From assembly GCA_965228735.1 (NCBI GenBank), contig OZ245838.1:1856001-1920000 (forward strand): a DNA stretch of 64,000 nucleotides, read 5' to 3'. Positions 21,001 through 30,200 of this stretch are shown one piece after another (the stretch's first letter is position 1; each line of letters starts with the position of its first letter). The DNA comes from Planctomycetota bacterium. Its GTDB lineage: Bacteria; Planctomycetota; UBA1135; UBA2386. The position numbers and the translations under genes were made by a program. A model generated the notes under the pieces. The model was not told the origin of the DNA. It saw only the letters and a program-made list of their open reading frames with translations, and did no database searches.

Positions 21001-21154
21001 AGGTCGGGTCGCTCGCCAGGCTCTGCCGGTAGCTCTCCAGCATGAGCTTGTTGCCCTGCTCGCGATCCGCGAGCATCCGCCGCCGAATGCCCTCTCCGGG
21101 CACGTAGGCGTCGGGCTCCTGGGGCTGAGCGAACTGCGGAACCTCACCAGTCAT
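15074..21154 (-). CDS. Giant internal virion/ejection protein (~2026 aa) with HExxH domain
   Basis: Last of three ejection-type genes after the nozzle; STFLHESAHFWL...HERFA; TM-like segments. Confidence 0.8.
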   Translation of the reverse strand: MTGEVPQFAQPQEPDAYVPGEGIRRRMLADREQGNKLMLESYRQSLASDPTYAANIQRLARRRGLPTDALSDLKPNQVRELIAMEQLELRDLATHSPILAEQLKDRSFAQIAHDDLDNLQGIEGWFEEMRRNYRAGELTSQRGTLGDLWRQIEDQKDPTLIDRAIDATRLQELPAEDEVVRQLASVQRRLRSLPAESSGFTTGTARTLGQLSEGLPTVMTTATIGAATGAALGAAGGPLAPVTATAGAVKGLGIGAIAGVAAHSAQVEAGNAYVDMRAAGYDRQAASQAAFGVGIFNGLMEATGGAIGGAIATKPVRDALRRRLSKEIAEAMVDPTLARRLRRLGWNTLKATGGEIGTETVQELSNIVGEVVARSETLSLDPSARNVIGFDESFQPTEGDLEQPLPAITSDEVLERLHGIIVQTLYGTALLGGASAGSQFLSDTMRARQAQQSFESMQQAASFLQASKLAERDPERAEEFFQQAAENAPDMFIDGERFNQVLEEQQVPLEQIEAEIPGIAAKLDEAVRTGGAIEINAGDFQRIARREIGQALLPHVRVTADAYSAVEAEELLQNEEERAEDAREAFEQSEDFEEQFRESGAEVERVVRARLEGVAFDLPKAMNRTAAQAHAALWRAGYEVLARELGELPADVAQRFGVTVKVKRRDLPDVGPDLLQNEEQPDTKTAKDAQAQDAQRAEPSETADQPPVTKEEQPDAQDAQDAQAQSEQTQDDELRSGSRGKFNPRTRTITLHENANLSTFLHESAHFWLSLYTDMAASPDAPVQLRERVEGLLNKFGVESIEAWQAMSLEQQRKHHERFALNFEQYMADGKAPTPTLQRWYDKFAGWLRKVYEAIAGQLNATYRRDFGEDLPALTGEVRDFMDRLFASEQQVQHAAAESAFESQEQSGMDDAAWADYQATVQEARDAASSELARRSLKELRQLRARERELRRTMRNEVAEEVAQDPVYRAMRWLRRGETVDESGEVQRETGQYRLNTAAVRRILPSGTDLRNFGGGNLTSREGLPPDVVAGMFEFETGEALVKALAAAPRRDDAIDARLQERIEAEHAELTDDAAKLQAAVDQALRNGSRQRLVQLELRALSGSVGPVSQMLRAAKAAAETAIAERPIGSIRPYQFTLAERRARREATEAIARGDVPAAAAAKRREALQQQMAAAATKAREEIEKAETLFKRFNQPDSKLGKDRDVNIVAAGRALLASNRLGPQRPRSGVHGPDADGVRGNGPHDWKPHLEAVTEYDEATARDLSEVIGEAEFHPDSRADLTLAQLREVYRVAKALWEKARDSKQAEVDGERVALAQVAGEIVEQVQKTFGEDRRDPNAPIRPLTKAEERQWSFGSVKASIRHFESFAVRVDGGRPGVMHKHMFAPLRDAHVDYLAERNDVVKTIHDGLNKLDLPSGQIEAPELNGHVFANKAELLGALLDMGNESNLRKRLLGSKWVPQPRERDGPINTAPFWAFFERMIEDRKITKADVDFLQLFWNSYHERFERTQKVHFEVYGYQIPQLDRRSFQTPWGVYEGGYVPAKPDPKQDPSALARGDGDVSVHDTASPIPSTGRDFAHQRVEVNRSLVSNIRERVEHFDEHLRFLHMQKPGRQVWRLLQNKELRDELNRIDPHIIPGIIRPWIKDTLLNRVMKPGVNRWLDKILVTIRRNVGQLYMMGNVANAAQQATGLVAAGFVAPLRNAKAASAKFVSNPREYVQRVIELSKFMDLRLVEQMGQIVDDIDVVLKPNLLSRSQHWMSRNAYFLQRLIQSPVDVITWGAVYDHATETGKSQKDAVQEADSAVRRTQGSGLAPDLSAAERAGALGRMLTQFGSIWFVFWNLTLEGQTTPLRIQRFATLTAFMGVGAAAITQALRGGWDDEDADGALMDDVTRWAFGEAVQSGAAIGAPVVGPMLSRMLFDERSRGRLSFGASMGAIETAGRGLRASFQLLTDGTVLDSKPDIAREVKGRDIRDIFTLFGLLLGAPPAAAVKPFGFLRDVERGEVQPTSDFDYWRGLVTGSASPGSR

Positions 21155-23448
21155 CGACGGCTCCGAAGGGCGGAACGGAACGCTTCCAGAGTGGCGGGCT
21201 GACCGAGGCGGATCCACTCGTTGTAGATCTCATCTGCTCGCGCGGCGCGGGCTTGCTGCACGGGCCTGCTCAGCGAGTCGACCCCGAAGGACCTACGCAG
21301 CGGTTCCCGCGGCATCCTCGACGTTCGACGTGGAGTGACCCGATCGATGATCGCCTCACGCACATGCTGTGGGATCTCGTCGAGAACCTGACGGGTAACC
21401 ACAGGATTCTCGAGCGCGGTGTCCTTGCTGATCAATTGCCCGTCGATCGTCACGAGCTCGCCGGGCTGACCGGCGACAGAACGCGGCTTGCCCTCGTCGA
21501 CCCACGCCTGCGCGAGCATCGCCCCCGTCGGATACTCTTTCGGGCCAAGCCTCGCGACCGGTGGCTCACCGGGAACCAGCTCGCGCCGCTGCCGCAGCAA
21601 GTCGACGAGATACGCCTGCGCGCGCTCGCTGATATCGGCCAGCTTCACCGGTTCGGGTTCCCCAGCCACCCGAATAGTCGCGGTGCGGCGCTGCTCAGTC
21701 GTCATGCCGATCAGCGGCATCTCCACAACGTCATCGAAGAACGTCCCTGGCACGCGCGCGTCGGCCTTGTCGCGTAGCGCCGGCTGGATCACCTTCTCCT
21801 CAAACTCCGCCGGATCCGATCCAGAGTTCAGGCCGGCCGCGCGCGCGCGCTGCTCCAGATCGTGCAGGAGCTCTCCATACCGGACCTGCTGCTCCGGCGT
21901 CTGCTTCTGGCCTCGTTTGAAGATCCCGAGCTGGTAGGCCAGCATCTCGCTGCGCTTCAGCTCGCTCATCAGCGAGAACGCCTCGTGATCGTCGCCGTTC
22001 GCCTCGGCGTGGAGCTCCATCACGCGATCGTGGTGCTTGCTATCGAACATGCCCCAGGTCATGGCGAAGAACGCGTCCTTCGGCGTCCGGCGCATCATCT
22101 CCCGAGCCTCGGGCGTCAACATCTCGGCGTACTTTCTCCAGTCGTTGACCCGCCGGTTGTTGCTGTTGTTGAAGGTGACCAGCGCGCCAAGCTGCCCGCC
22201 GTTACGCAGCACCTGGTAGAGGTCCGGGCGCAGCTGAGCGATGTCGTGAGCCGTAGCCTCCGGGTTGCTGATCAGCAGAGCCTCGGCTTCGGCCAGCGCC
22301 TTCGACTCGATACGTCCGATCTCGTCGAGCCGCAGCTTGTGCCGCTTCTCGATGCGCTGAAACATCGCGTCGGCCTGCTTCGCCGACAGCTGGCCGGCCC
22401 GCACCTGGTTGTCGAGCTCGTCGCGCGCCTGCGTCAGAAACCCCAGCCGATACCCCGCGACCGCGATCGCGCCCTGGCCCTGTGGCACCTGCGGCGGACC
22501 CTGCGGTGATTCGTCCGGCGGCAACTCTGGCCCGAGCTCGGGAGGAAGTTCGGGACCGATCTGCTCGATCGGCGCCGCGCCGCGGCGCGCCTCCAACAGC
22601 CGATCCTCGAAGTCGAGCGCGGCCGCAGCCGTGTCCGATTCCACGCGCACCGCCTTGATGACCTCGCGCGCCGCATGCTTCGCCGCCGGGCTCATCTGGT
22701 CGCCGGTGCCCTCGAGGTACGCGGTCGCGTCCGCATACCGCTGCGCATTGATCAACTGCTCCACAGCCGCCGCATGCACCCGCGTCGTCGCCCCCTGCAC
22801 CATCGCCCGCCGCTGCTCCGAATCCGCCGGCAGCTGGGCCAGATCCGCCAACTCTTCCGCAGTGCGCTTCGCGATTCCGAGCTCGAGCAGGAACGGATCC
22901 GGCTCTCCGTCTGGGTCTGGCTGTCGATCTGGATCGAACCGCGCCACCGCACGCTCGATCCTGGTCTCGAGGGCGGCCCTGGTCTCGTCGACGTTGAACC
23001 GCCGCAGCTGCCGCGCCGCGTGCTCGTCGACGGAGCGCATCTCCTCCTGGACCATCGCGTCCGTCTGCGCGCGAAACAGCTCGCGCTGTGCCTCGGTCTG
23101 CAGCTCGCCTTCGATTTCCTCTTGCCGCGCCTCGATTGCCGCCTGAATCGCGTCGTGCCCTTCAAACGCACCCTTGCCCAGAGTGCGAAAGTAGCCGCTC
23201 TCGGGGTCACGAAGCGTGCTCTGCAGCCACTTCGCGTAGTTGTTGGTGGCCTCTTTCGACTGCGCGTCGTCGACCTCGTCCTGGATGCCTTGCCCTTCGG
23301 CAGCCAGCACGCCACTCAGAGCCTGCAGCCCACGCCCCGTGTTGCCGATCTGTCGCGCACTGAAGTTCTGCGGTGGCGCAACACCCGGCGCGCCGAAGAA
23401 CGACGTACGAGCCGGCGAGGCGGCGATATCAGGAACCACGCGCACCAT
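21151..23448 (-). CDS. Internal virion/ejection protein
   Basis: 765-aa helical protein in the T7 gp15-like position. Confidence 0.7.
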   Translation of the reverse strand: MVRVVPDIAASPARTSFFGAPGVAPPQNFSARQIGNTGRGLQALSGVLAAEGQGIQDEVDDAQSKEATNNYAKWLQSTLRDPESGYFRTLGKGAFEGHDAIQAAIEARQEEIEGELQTEAQRELFRAQTDAMVQEEMRSVDEHAARQLRRFNVDETRAALETRIERAVARFDPDRQPDPDGEPDPFLLELGIAKRTAEELADLAQLPADSEQRRAMVQGATTRVHAAAVEQLINAQRYADATAYLEGTGDQMSPAAKHAAREVIKAVRVESDTAAAALDFEDRLLEARRGAAPIEQIGPELPPELGPELPPDESPQGPPQVPQGQGAIAVAGYRLGFLTQARDELDNQVRAGQLSAKQADAMFQRIEKRHKLRLDEIGRIESKALAEAEALLISNPEATAHDIAQLRPDLYQVLRNGGQLGALVTFNNSNNRRVNDWRKYAEMLTPEAREMMRRTPKDAFFAMTWGMFDSKHHDRVMELHAEANGDDHEAFSLMSELKRSEMLAYQLGIFKRGQKQTPEQQVRYGELLHDLEQRARAAGLNSGSDPAEFEEKVIQPALRDKADARVPGTFFDDVVEMPLIGMTTEQRRTATIRVAGEPEPVKLADISERAQAYLVDLLRQRRELVPGEPPVARLGPKEYPTGAMLAQAWVDEGKPRSVAGQPGELVTIDGQLISKDTALENPVVTRQVLDEIPQHVREAIIDRVTPRRTSRMPREPLRRSFGVDSLSRPVQQARAARADEIYNEWIRLGQPATLEAFRSALRSRR

Positions 23449-23452
23449 GCCC

Positions 23453-24031
23453 TTACTCCTGGAATGCCTTGTATGCCTCGACGAGACTGTCCGACCTGTC
23501 GAGCAGCGTGTTGAACGCCCCCAAGGCGGGGATGATGCTGCGCCGCGTCGATCGGCGACTCCGGGCCGATAGATCCGCGAATTCAGCGCGGCTCCGAAGA
23601 TCGACTCCCTGTAAGCGCGCCTGGTTCGAAGCCCGCAGCGAATTCGCGCGCAGCGTGGCCTTGTCGATCTCCAGGCGCAGCCGTTCCGCCGCGCGCGCCT
23701 CGATCGCGCTGCGGCTGCTGCCGCGGATGCCCTGCGCCGCGGTGCGCACGCGGCCCGCGCCGCGCTCCTGCCCAGCCGCGAGCGTCAAGCGCCCCACCTC
23801 GGAGTTGCCCGCCCGCAAGATGCTCGACGCGTCACGGTCGGCACTGTCGGCATTCAGCCGCAGCATGCTCGCGCGGAACCCGAAGGTGAGCGCCTCGGAC
23901 TCGGCGAGATTCCGCTGCCCCTCGAGCTGGTAGTAGTTCGAAAGCGTCTCGTTGAAAATGCCGAGCACCGACAGTGCGGTCGCAGCGTCCTTCAGAGCCT
24001 TGGCATCGGGATCTAGAACGTCTTCGGTCAT
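23453..24031 (-). CDS. Small internal virion protein
   Basis: Ala/Gly/Arg-rich helical protein in the gp14-like position. Confidence 0.65.
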   Translation of the reverse strand: MTEDVLDPDAKALKDAATALSVLGIFNETLSNYYQLEGQRNLAESEALTFGFRASMLRLNADSADRDASSILRAGNSEVGRLTLAAGQERGAGRVRTAAQGIRGSSRSAIEARAAERLRLEIDKATLRANSLRASNQARLQGVDLRSRAEFADLSARSRRSTRRSIIPALGAFNTLLDRSDSLVEAYKAFQE

Positions 24032-24032
24032 A

Positions 24033-27000
24033 TCACCTCTCGATCGCCACCCGCAGCGTCAGCCCCGCCACCGTGAACGGCAGCGGCCCGGACTGCCGCA
24101 GCAGCACCTCGCCGTCGTCCGTCCACCGGCCGCCGGGCGTCACCTCGAACGTGCCCGTCTGCAGCGCCGTCGGGTCCAACCCCGGCACCGCCCGCAGCGA
24201 ACTCGCATCCGGCCCGATCTGCAGCCCCGCGGTCTGCACGACGTCGATCCACGCCTCGCTGATCCGCTTGCCGCGGCCCTTCCCCAAGCCGTCCACCGCA
24301 AACGCCAGCGGCCGCGGGATCAGGTCCGAGTCGTAGTCGAGCCCGACGTGCACCTTGGCCGCCGGCGCCGGCAGGCCCAGCGTGCCGCCGCTCACCGTCA
24401 CAGGCGGCAGCACGACGCCGTCCGCCAGCATCGCGACCTCTGCGCCCTCGAGCGAATCGAGCCCCGTCAGCGTGTCCCGGGCCAGCGCCCACTCCGTCGT
24501 CACCACGTTCTGCAACGCCGCCGGCAGCTTCGCATTGGCCTTCGCCCGCACCGCAGTCGTCGACACGAACGCGGTGATCGTCAGCCGATACTCGACACCA
24601 CCGGACTCCAGCACGACCTGGTCGCCGACGTCCGATGCTCCCACGAACAGCGGGTCCGAGCTCGTCACGAGCAGCTCGTCGTTCGGGCCCCAGCTCGTGC
24701 CATCGGACAGCGTCAGCGTCGTCGAGCTCGTGTTCGCGCCGTCGTAGCTCAGCGCTGCGTCCAGGAACTGGCAGTCCGCGACCTTCTCCGGCCGCAGCTG
24801 CGGCCCCATGCGCTCGATCGTCTTCACGGCCACGCCATTGCGCACCCGGTCGACGACCGCGTACAGCCGATCCTCGCCATCCTCCGCGACCGCTGCGCAG
24901 CTCTCGAAGCGCCCGCCGGGCGTGTCGTGCACGTGCCAGCCCGCCACCCGCTCCTGCGGTAGGAACGTGAACCCGAGCAGCTCACCCGCGCTCGACACCC
25001 ACCACGAGATCTTGAACGGCGCCCGCATCTGCGCCGAATCGACGATCTGCTTGCCGTCGAACAGGTGCTGCGCTCGATGCGACATGTCGAGCGGCTCGAA
25101 GCGCTGCGCCGCGGCCTGGAACGCCAACGCGAACACGTGGCCGCCGCGCGCTCCCGGGAACAGCACGACGTTGCTGACCACCAGCGGCTGCACCTTGCTG
25201 GCGCCCTCCTCGCTCTGCGGTCGCACGAGCAGCGTCTCGGCCGTGAGTCCGCCGTCGCTGAAGATGCGCACCTCGGCCGAGTTGGTGAGCATGATCAGGT
25301 TGTCGAGCGGGATCAGGTGGCGGATCTCGCTCGCGCGGCGGAGCCCCGGGTCGATCGAGATCCGGTCATCCGGCTGCGGCGGCAGCCCGTAGCTCAAATC
25401 CGAGCGCGTTCCCGCTCGCGTCATCATGACCCGCTGCGGCCGCTCGCGCGTGCCGCCGATCACGCCGCGGTCCTCGTAGAAGGCGAACGCCCGCGGATGG
25501 TCCCCAGACCGCGCGAACTGCAGTCCGATGGAGCCGCCCTGGATGTTGACGATCGCGCCGGTCGGCGTGGCCGAGACCTGGAAGTCGTCGAGCGTGACGT
25601 TGCGGGCGTAGTAGGTCACCCCCGCGGTCACGCCAGGATCGAGCGTGTCGCTGCTGTGGAACGTCAGCTCCGCGAGCTCGTCGAGCCCGTGACCAGGCCA
25701 CTCGATGCGGTCGTTGCTGTCGTCCCAGCCGATCTGGCTCTCGGCGCTGTCGACCGCCTCGTCGCGCAGCGGCGGCGTGATCGACTGGTCGACCGGTAGA
25801 TCGTCGTCGATGACCAGACCCGGCTGCCCAGCCGCGACCTCGGCGATCATGCCGAAGATGCCGTTCAGGTTCTTGTAGACCCGATAGCGCTTGGCCTGCG
25901 GCACGCCCGTGAACGTCACCGTGTTGTAGGCGCCCGGAATCGTCAGGTCGTTGTCGGCCTCGAACTCGATCGACGGCTCCGACTCGACGCCGTTCTCGTC
26001 GATCGACGTGATGACGTACTTGCTGACGGTGTCGACCGCGAACTCGTTCGACCGGAACACCTTGCCGACGATCGTGACGTTCGGGGTCGGGGCCGGCGAG
26101 AGATCGGCCCACTGCACGATCGTCGCCGAGCCCTCGAGCGCGATCTCGAACTCGTTGTTGTTGCCCGGCGTGTCGTTGAACACCACCCAGCGCCGCGACA
26201 GCGGCTGCCCGTCGGGCACGTAGGTGTAGCCGGGCGCGTCGATGTAGACGTAGGTGCCGTTCGTGAATCCGCTCTCCTTGGCCGGGACGAGGCCGCCGCC
26301 GCCAGTCGGCAGCGCGATGCGCAGATCGCCTGCCGGACCCGGGTTCTCGTGCCCGACGGTGAAGTCGTAGCCCTGCCCCGTGGTCGGCGCCACGCTCACC
26401 GGCGACGGCGGCTGCAACGTCGGACCGTACTCGATCGGCACCAGCGACCACTGCGCCGGCCCCAACCGCCGCAGCTCGACCGCGGCGTGCTCGGGATGGG
26501 TGATCGTCAGCACGTCGCCGGACTGCGTGTCCGGCGACATGACCAGGTCCATGACCTCGGCCGCAGCGAACGGCGTGCTGATCTCGTAGACATCGCCGTC
26601 GTCGAACAGCTGCCAGAACGCGGGCGCCGACGCCGGCGTGACCTCGAGCGGGCGATCCGCCGTGCACTGCGCCCACTGGCCGCCGAAGGCCACGACGTCG
26701 CCGGGCGCATACGCGCGGTAGACCCGGTTGGTCGAGCCACCGGCGAAGCTCACGAGGTCGACGTCAGCGCCGCCAGGCGTCATTCGGAACGCGATCGTCG
26801 TCGGGTCCACGACGCGCGCGTAGTAGAGACCGCCTTCCGTCAGGCCCTCGATGATCGTGCCGACAGTCGCGCGTGCCTCGACCCGATCGTCCTCCTCGAG
26901 GCCATGCGCCACCCCGAACGTCACCGTGTTGTTCGCCAGGTTGACCGACAGGATGTTCTGCGGCGCGACGTAGTCGGGTGCGCTCGCCGGCGCATCGAAC

Positions 27001-27290
27001 AGGATCGGTGCGCCCAACGTGAGGAACCTCACGTAGTAGTCGCCGAACACGAGCACGACCGTCTGGTCGCGGCTGAACGTGAAGCCCTCCACCCGGGTCG
27101 GACCGTACACCTTGGCGTCCGCCACGTGCCCAAACCCCGGCCGGCTGCTCGCCGACCCGCGCGGGCTGCTGATCACGTTCCGCATCCGCCGCGCCCCGGT
27201 CTGCACCGCGACGTCCTCGAGGCGCGCGAGCATCTCGGGCGCCATCTCGCCGCCGGCGAACGATTGTTGCAGGGTCCGCTGGCTCGGCAT
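24033..27290 (-). CDS. Tail nozzle (tail tubular protein B-like; start 27290)
   Basis: N-terminal QQSFAGGEMAP...RPGF; QERVAGWHVHDT; FLDAAL; VHVGLDY. Confidence 0.85.
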   Translation of the reverse strand: MPSQRTLQQSFAGGEMAPEMLARLEDVAVQTGARRMRNVISSPRGSASSRPGFGHVADAKVYGPTRVEGFTFSRDQTVVLVFGDYYVRFLTLGAPILFDAPASAPDYVAPQNILSVNLANNTVTFGVAHGLEEDDRVEARATVGTIIEGLTEGGLYYARVVDPTTIAFRMTPGGADVDLVSFAGGSTNRVYRAYAPGDVVAFGGQWAQCTADRPLEVTPASAPAFWQLFDDGDVYEISTPFAAAEVMDLVMSPDTQSGDVLTITHPEHAAVELRRLGPAQWSLVPIEYGPTLQPPSPVSVAPTTGQGYDFTVGHENPGPAGDLRIALPTGGGGLVPAKESGFTNGTYVYIDAPGYTYVPDGQPLSRRWVVFNDTPGNNNEFEIALEGSATIVQWADLSPAPTPNVTIVGKVFRSNEFAVDTVSKYVITSIDENGVESEPSIEFEADNDLTIPGAYNTVTFTGVPQAKRYRVYKNLNGIFGMIAEVAAGQPGLVIDDDLPVDQSITPPLRDEAVDSAESQIGWDDSNDRIEWPGHGLDELAELTFHSSDTLDPGVTAGVTYYARNVTLDDFQVSATPTGAIVNIQGGSIGLQFARSGDHPRAFAFYEDRGVIGGTRERPQRVMMTRAGTRSDLSYGLPPQPDDRISIDPGLRRASEIRHLIPLDNLIMLTNSAEVRIFSDGGLTAETLLVRPQSEEGASKVQPLVVSNVVLFPGARGGHVFALAFQAAAQRFEPLDMSHRAQHLFDGKQIVDSAQMRAPFKISWWVSSAGELLGFTFLPQERVAGWHVHDTPGGRFESCAAVAEDGEDRLYAVVDRVRNGVAVKTIERMGPQLRPEKVADCQFLDAALSYDGANTSSTTLTLSDGTSWGPNDELLVTSSDPLFVGASDVGDQVVLESGGVEYRLTITAFVSTTAVRAKANAKLPAALQNVVTTEWALARDTLTGLDSLEGAEVAMLADGVVLPPVTVSGGTLGLPAPAAKVHVGLDYDSDLIPRPLAFAVDGLGKGRGKRISEAWIDVVQTAGLQIGPDASSLRAVPGLDPTALQTGTFEVTPGGRWTDDGEVLLRQSGPLPFTVAGLTLRVAIER

Positions 27291-30200
27291 CAGTGCCTCT
27301 TGCGCAGGTGCGTGGCCTTGTGCTCGGGATGCACGCGGCGATGCCTGCCGTCGAGCTCCTGAGCCGGTGGCAGGTAGCGCGAGACCATCCTGGCCGCGTT
27401 CTCGCCGCGCCGAATGCCCTCGTCGCCGCCGACCACGGGACCAGCCAGCAGCGACGCCAGGTGCCACGACCAGGCCAACCGGAACAGGTCCGACATCAGC
27501 GAGACGTCGCTCATGTACAGCGTGAAGAACAGGTGCGCGTCCTTCACGTCGCTGTAGATGACCTCGTAGCCGTCGTCGTCGACCTCGACCGCGAACGGGT
27601 AGTCGTCGGGGTTCACGTCGCGCAGATCGCCGGTGACACCAGGCGGCACGACCGCGCGCGGCCGCGCGACGTTCGGTGGCATGGCGTAGGCGTACTGGTA
27701 GTACTTCACCGGGTTCTGCACCTCGACGAGCTCGGTGCGGTCCTGCGCGAACGACCAGTTGCGCATCTCGAGCAGCGTGTCCCGCGACATCTCGAAGAAC
27801 TCGGCGCAGGCCTGGGCCTCCGGTGTCTCGTCCTTCAGGCTCTCGATGCGCACCGTGTGCCCCAGGTGCTTCAGCGCCTGGTTGCACAGCTCGACGGCGC
27901 CGGTCTCGTCCTGCTGCATCAACGCGGCGTTGATCGACACCGCCAGCTTGCCGGCGACCTTCTCGCCGTTGCGGGCCTCACCGACGCCGTTGAAGTGCAG
28001 CGGGTCCTCCCCGAACAGCGTGGTGCCGTCGAGCTTCGGGTGGTCCTCGGTCTCGATCGTCGAGCCGAACGGGTCGCGATACGTCAGCTGCTCGATGGCC
28101 TGGTTCACGAGGCCTTCGGTGTCCGCCACGACTGTCTGGCCGTAGAACTCGCCCTCGGCTTCCCACGGAAAGCTCGGCAGCTTGGCGTGGCAGAACGGCA
28201 GCTCGAGCAGGTCGTCGTAGGCCGAGATCCCGAGGTCGAAGATCGTCTTGCGCAGCCACCGATAGAACGCCGGCAACGAGCGGTGGTAGAGCTCGCGCCC
28301 GGCCTCGACGAGCGTCTCGGCCTCGCCCTGGAAGCCGTACGCGCCCACGATCGCGAGGCGCTTGTCGTTACCCTCGGCCGTCAGCGCGTGCGGTGCCATC
28401 TCGAGCATCGCCTGCAGGCGCGCGGCGTTGCCGGTCGGGTTGCCCGGCGTCCAGTCCAGGTTCTGGTCGTCGTCCCACCAGCCGAGCTGGCCCTGGAACC
28501 CGAACGCGTTGTTCGAGCTGCGCAGGAACTGGCCGCTGCTGTTGACGCCCAGGTGGATCACGTTGACCCGTCGACCGAGCATCGTCGACAGCTGCCAGGC
28601 CATGTTGATCATCGACCCGAAGCGGTGCGCGGGGATCCAGGTGACCTTCGACGCGGTCACCGTCGCGGGCTGCTCGAGGAAGAACGCCTCTCCGCCCGTC
28701 GGACTCGAGGTGAACACGATCTCGGCTCCACCGGGCGTCGCCGCGACCGTGATTCGGTCGGACGCCGGCACAGTGCGGACGTAGTACGTGGTGCCCGGCG
28801 TCAGCTCGGCCGGGCAGCCGGTGATGCTGAACGCGACCTCGTCGTCGACGCTTAGGTCGTGGTCGACCGCTTCGCCGTCGTCGTTCTGGAAAGCGACCGA
28901 GTTGTCGATGGCGTGCTGGAACACGGTCTTGCGATGCACGAACGGCCACACATCCACGGACGTGATCGGATCGCCGTTGGTCTCTTCGAGCTCGATCCAG
29001 CTCTGGCCCGGATCGGACGGGTTCATGGCCGTCACGCGGTACGTGCGCGTGACCTCGATGCCGTTCACCGTGCCGCCCCAGCCGCCGAGAGCGACCAGAT
29101 GACCCACCCGCGCGAAGTCCTCGAACTGGATCGCACCAGTGCCAGGATTGCTCACGCCGGCATTCTGCGTGGTGATCCGCAGCTTGTTGCCGCTGAGGGA
29201 TGCAGACAGCCACAGACCATCCGTCGCCCTCGTCTCGGCCACCTCCGACAGGTTGATCGCCTGATTCACGCTCGCGAAGATCGCCTCCCGCCCGACGTAG
29301 CTGCGCGTCAGCACCCCGCTCGGCCGGTTGTAGGTGGTCCCCGCCGACAGCGCCGACGTGCCGCCCGGCTGCATGTCGTTGGCCGGATACCGGAAGCCCT
29401 TGCCCGGGTTGCTGTGGTTCGGGTTGTCGCGGTAGTGCGGGACGTGGATCTCCCACTCCAGATCGCCAGTCGGCGCCGCCGGGATCCACTCCAGCCCGGT
29501 CAGCTGGCCGGCCGAGTTCTCGCCGATCGTCGCGCGCGCGTTGCCGCATCGCACCTCGGCGCCGTCGAACATGCCGACCTTCCACGCCGCACCCGCGACC
29601 GTCATCGACGTCGCATCCACCGACACGCCGGTTGCGTCGCCGACCGCGCCGATGCCCTCGACTCCCTCCTCCCATGCGAACTCGCGGAAGACCCCGCACT
29701 TGGCGTAGCTGTCGACCTCGGCAGGGTGGTCGTAGCCCGGGATGTCCGGCGCGCCCTCGGGGTAGTCGCCGGGCGTCTCCGGCTGGTAGGGCATGAGCAC
29801 GCGCACGTTGGCGTAGCTCTTCCAGCGGTCGTTGAAGTGGACGTAGCCGGCGAGGTTCTCGATCGCGACGTCGGCGAGCGCGAAGAAGTGCGCCCCCGCG
29901 GCGTCGCCGGCGAAGGCGATCGGCGTGCCGCCCTCGGTCTCGGCGACCTGGTAGTCGTTCACGTTGGCGTTGACGACGTAGTAGGTCTTCCGCCGCGACA
30001 GCGTGCTCGGCAGCAGATCGTCGGTCCAAAACCGCACCGCGTCGCCGTTGCTGCGACCGTGCGCGGCCGCATCGACCTGCAGATCCCCTCCGGCATCCGA
30101 GAACGTCACCGCGGCCTGACTGTCCGGCTCCAGCGGTGCGAGCCACTCCACGGTCAGCTGCAGCGCGAATACGCTGCCAGTGAACACCGTCGCGTTCGCG

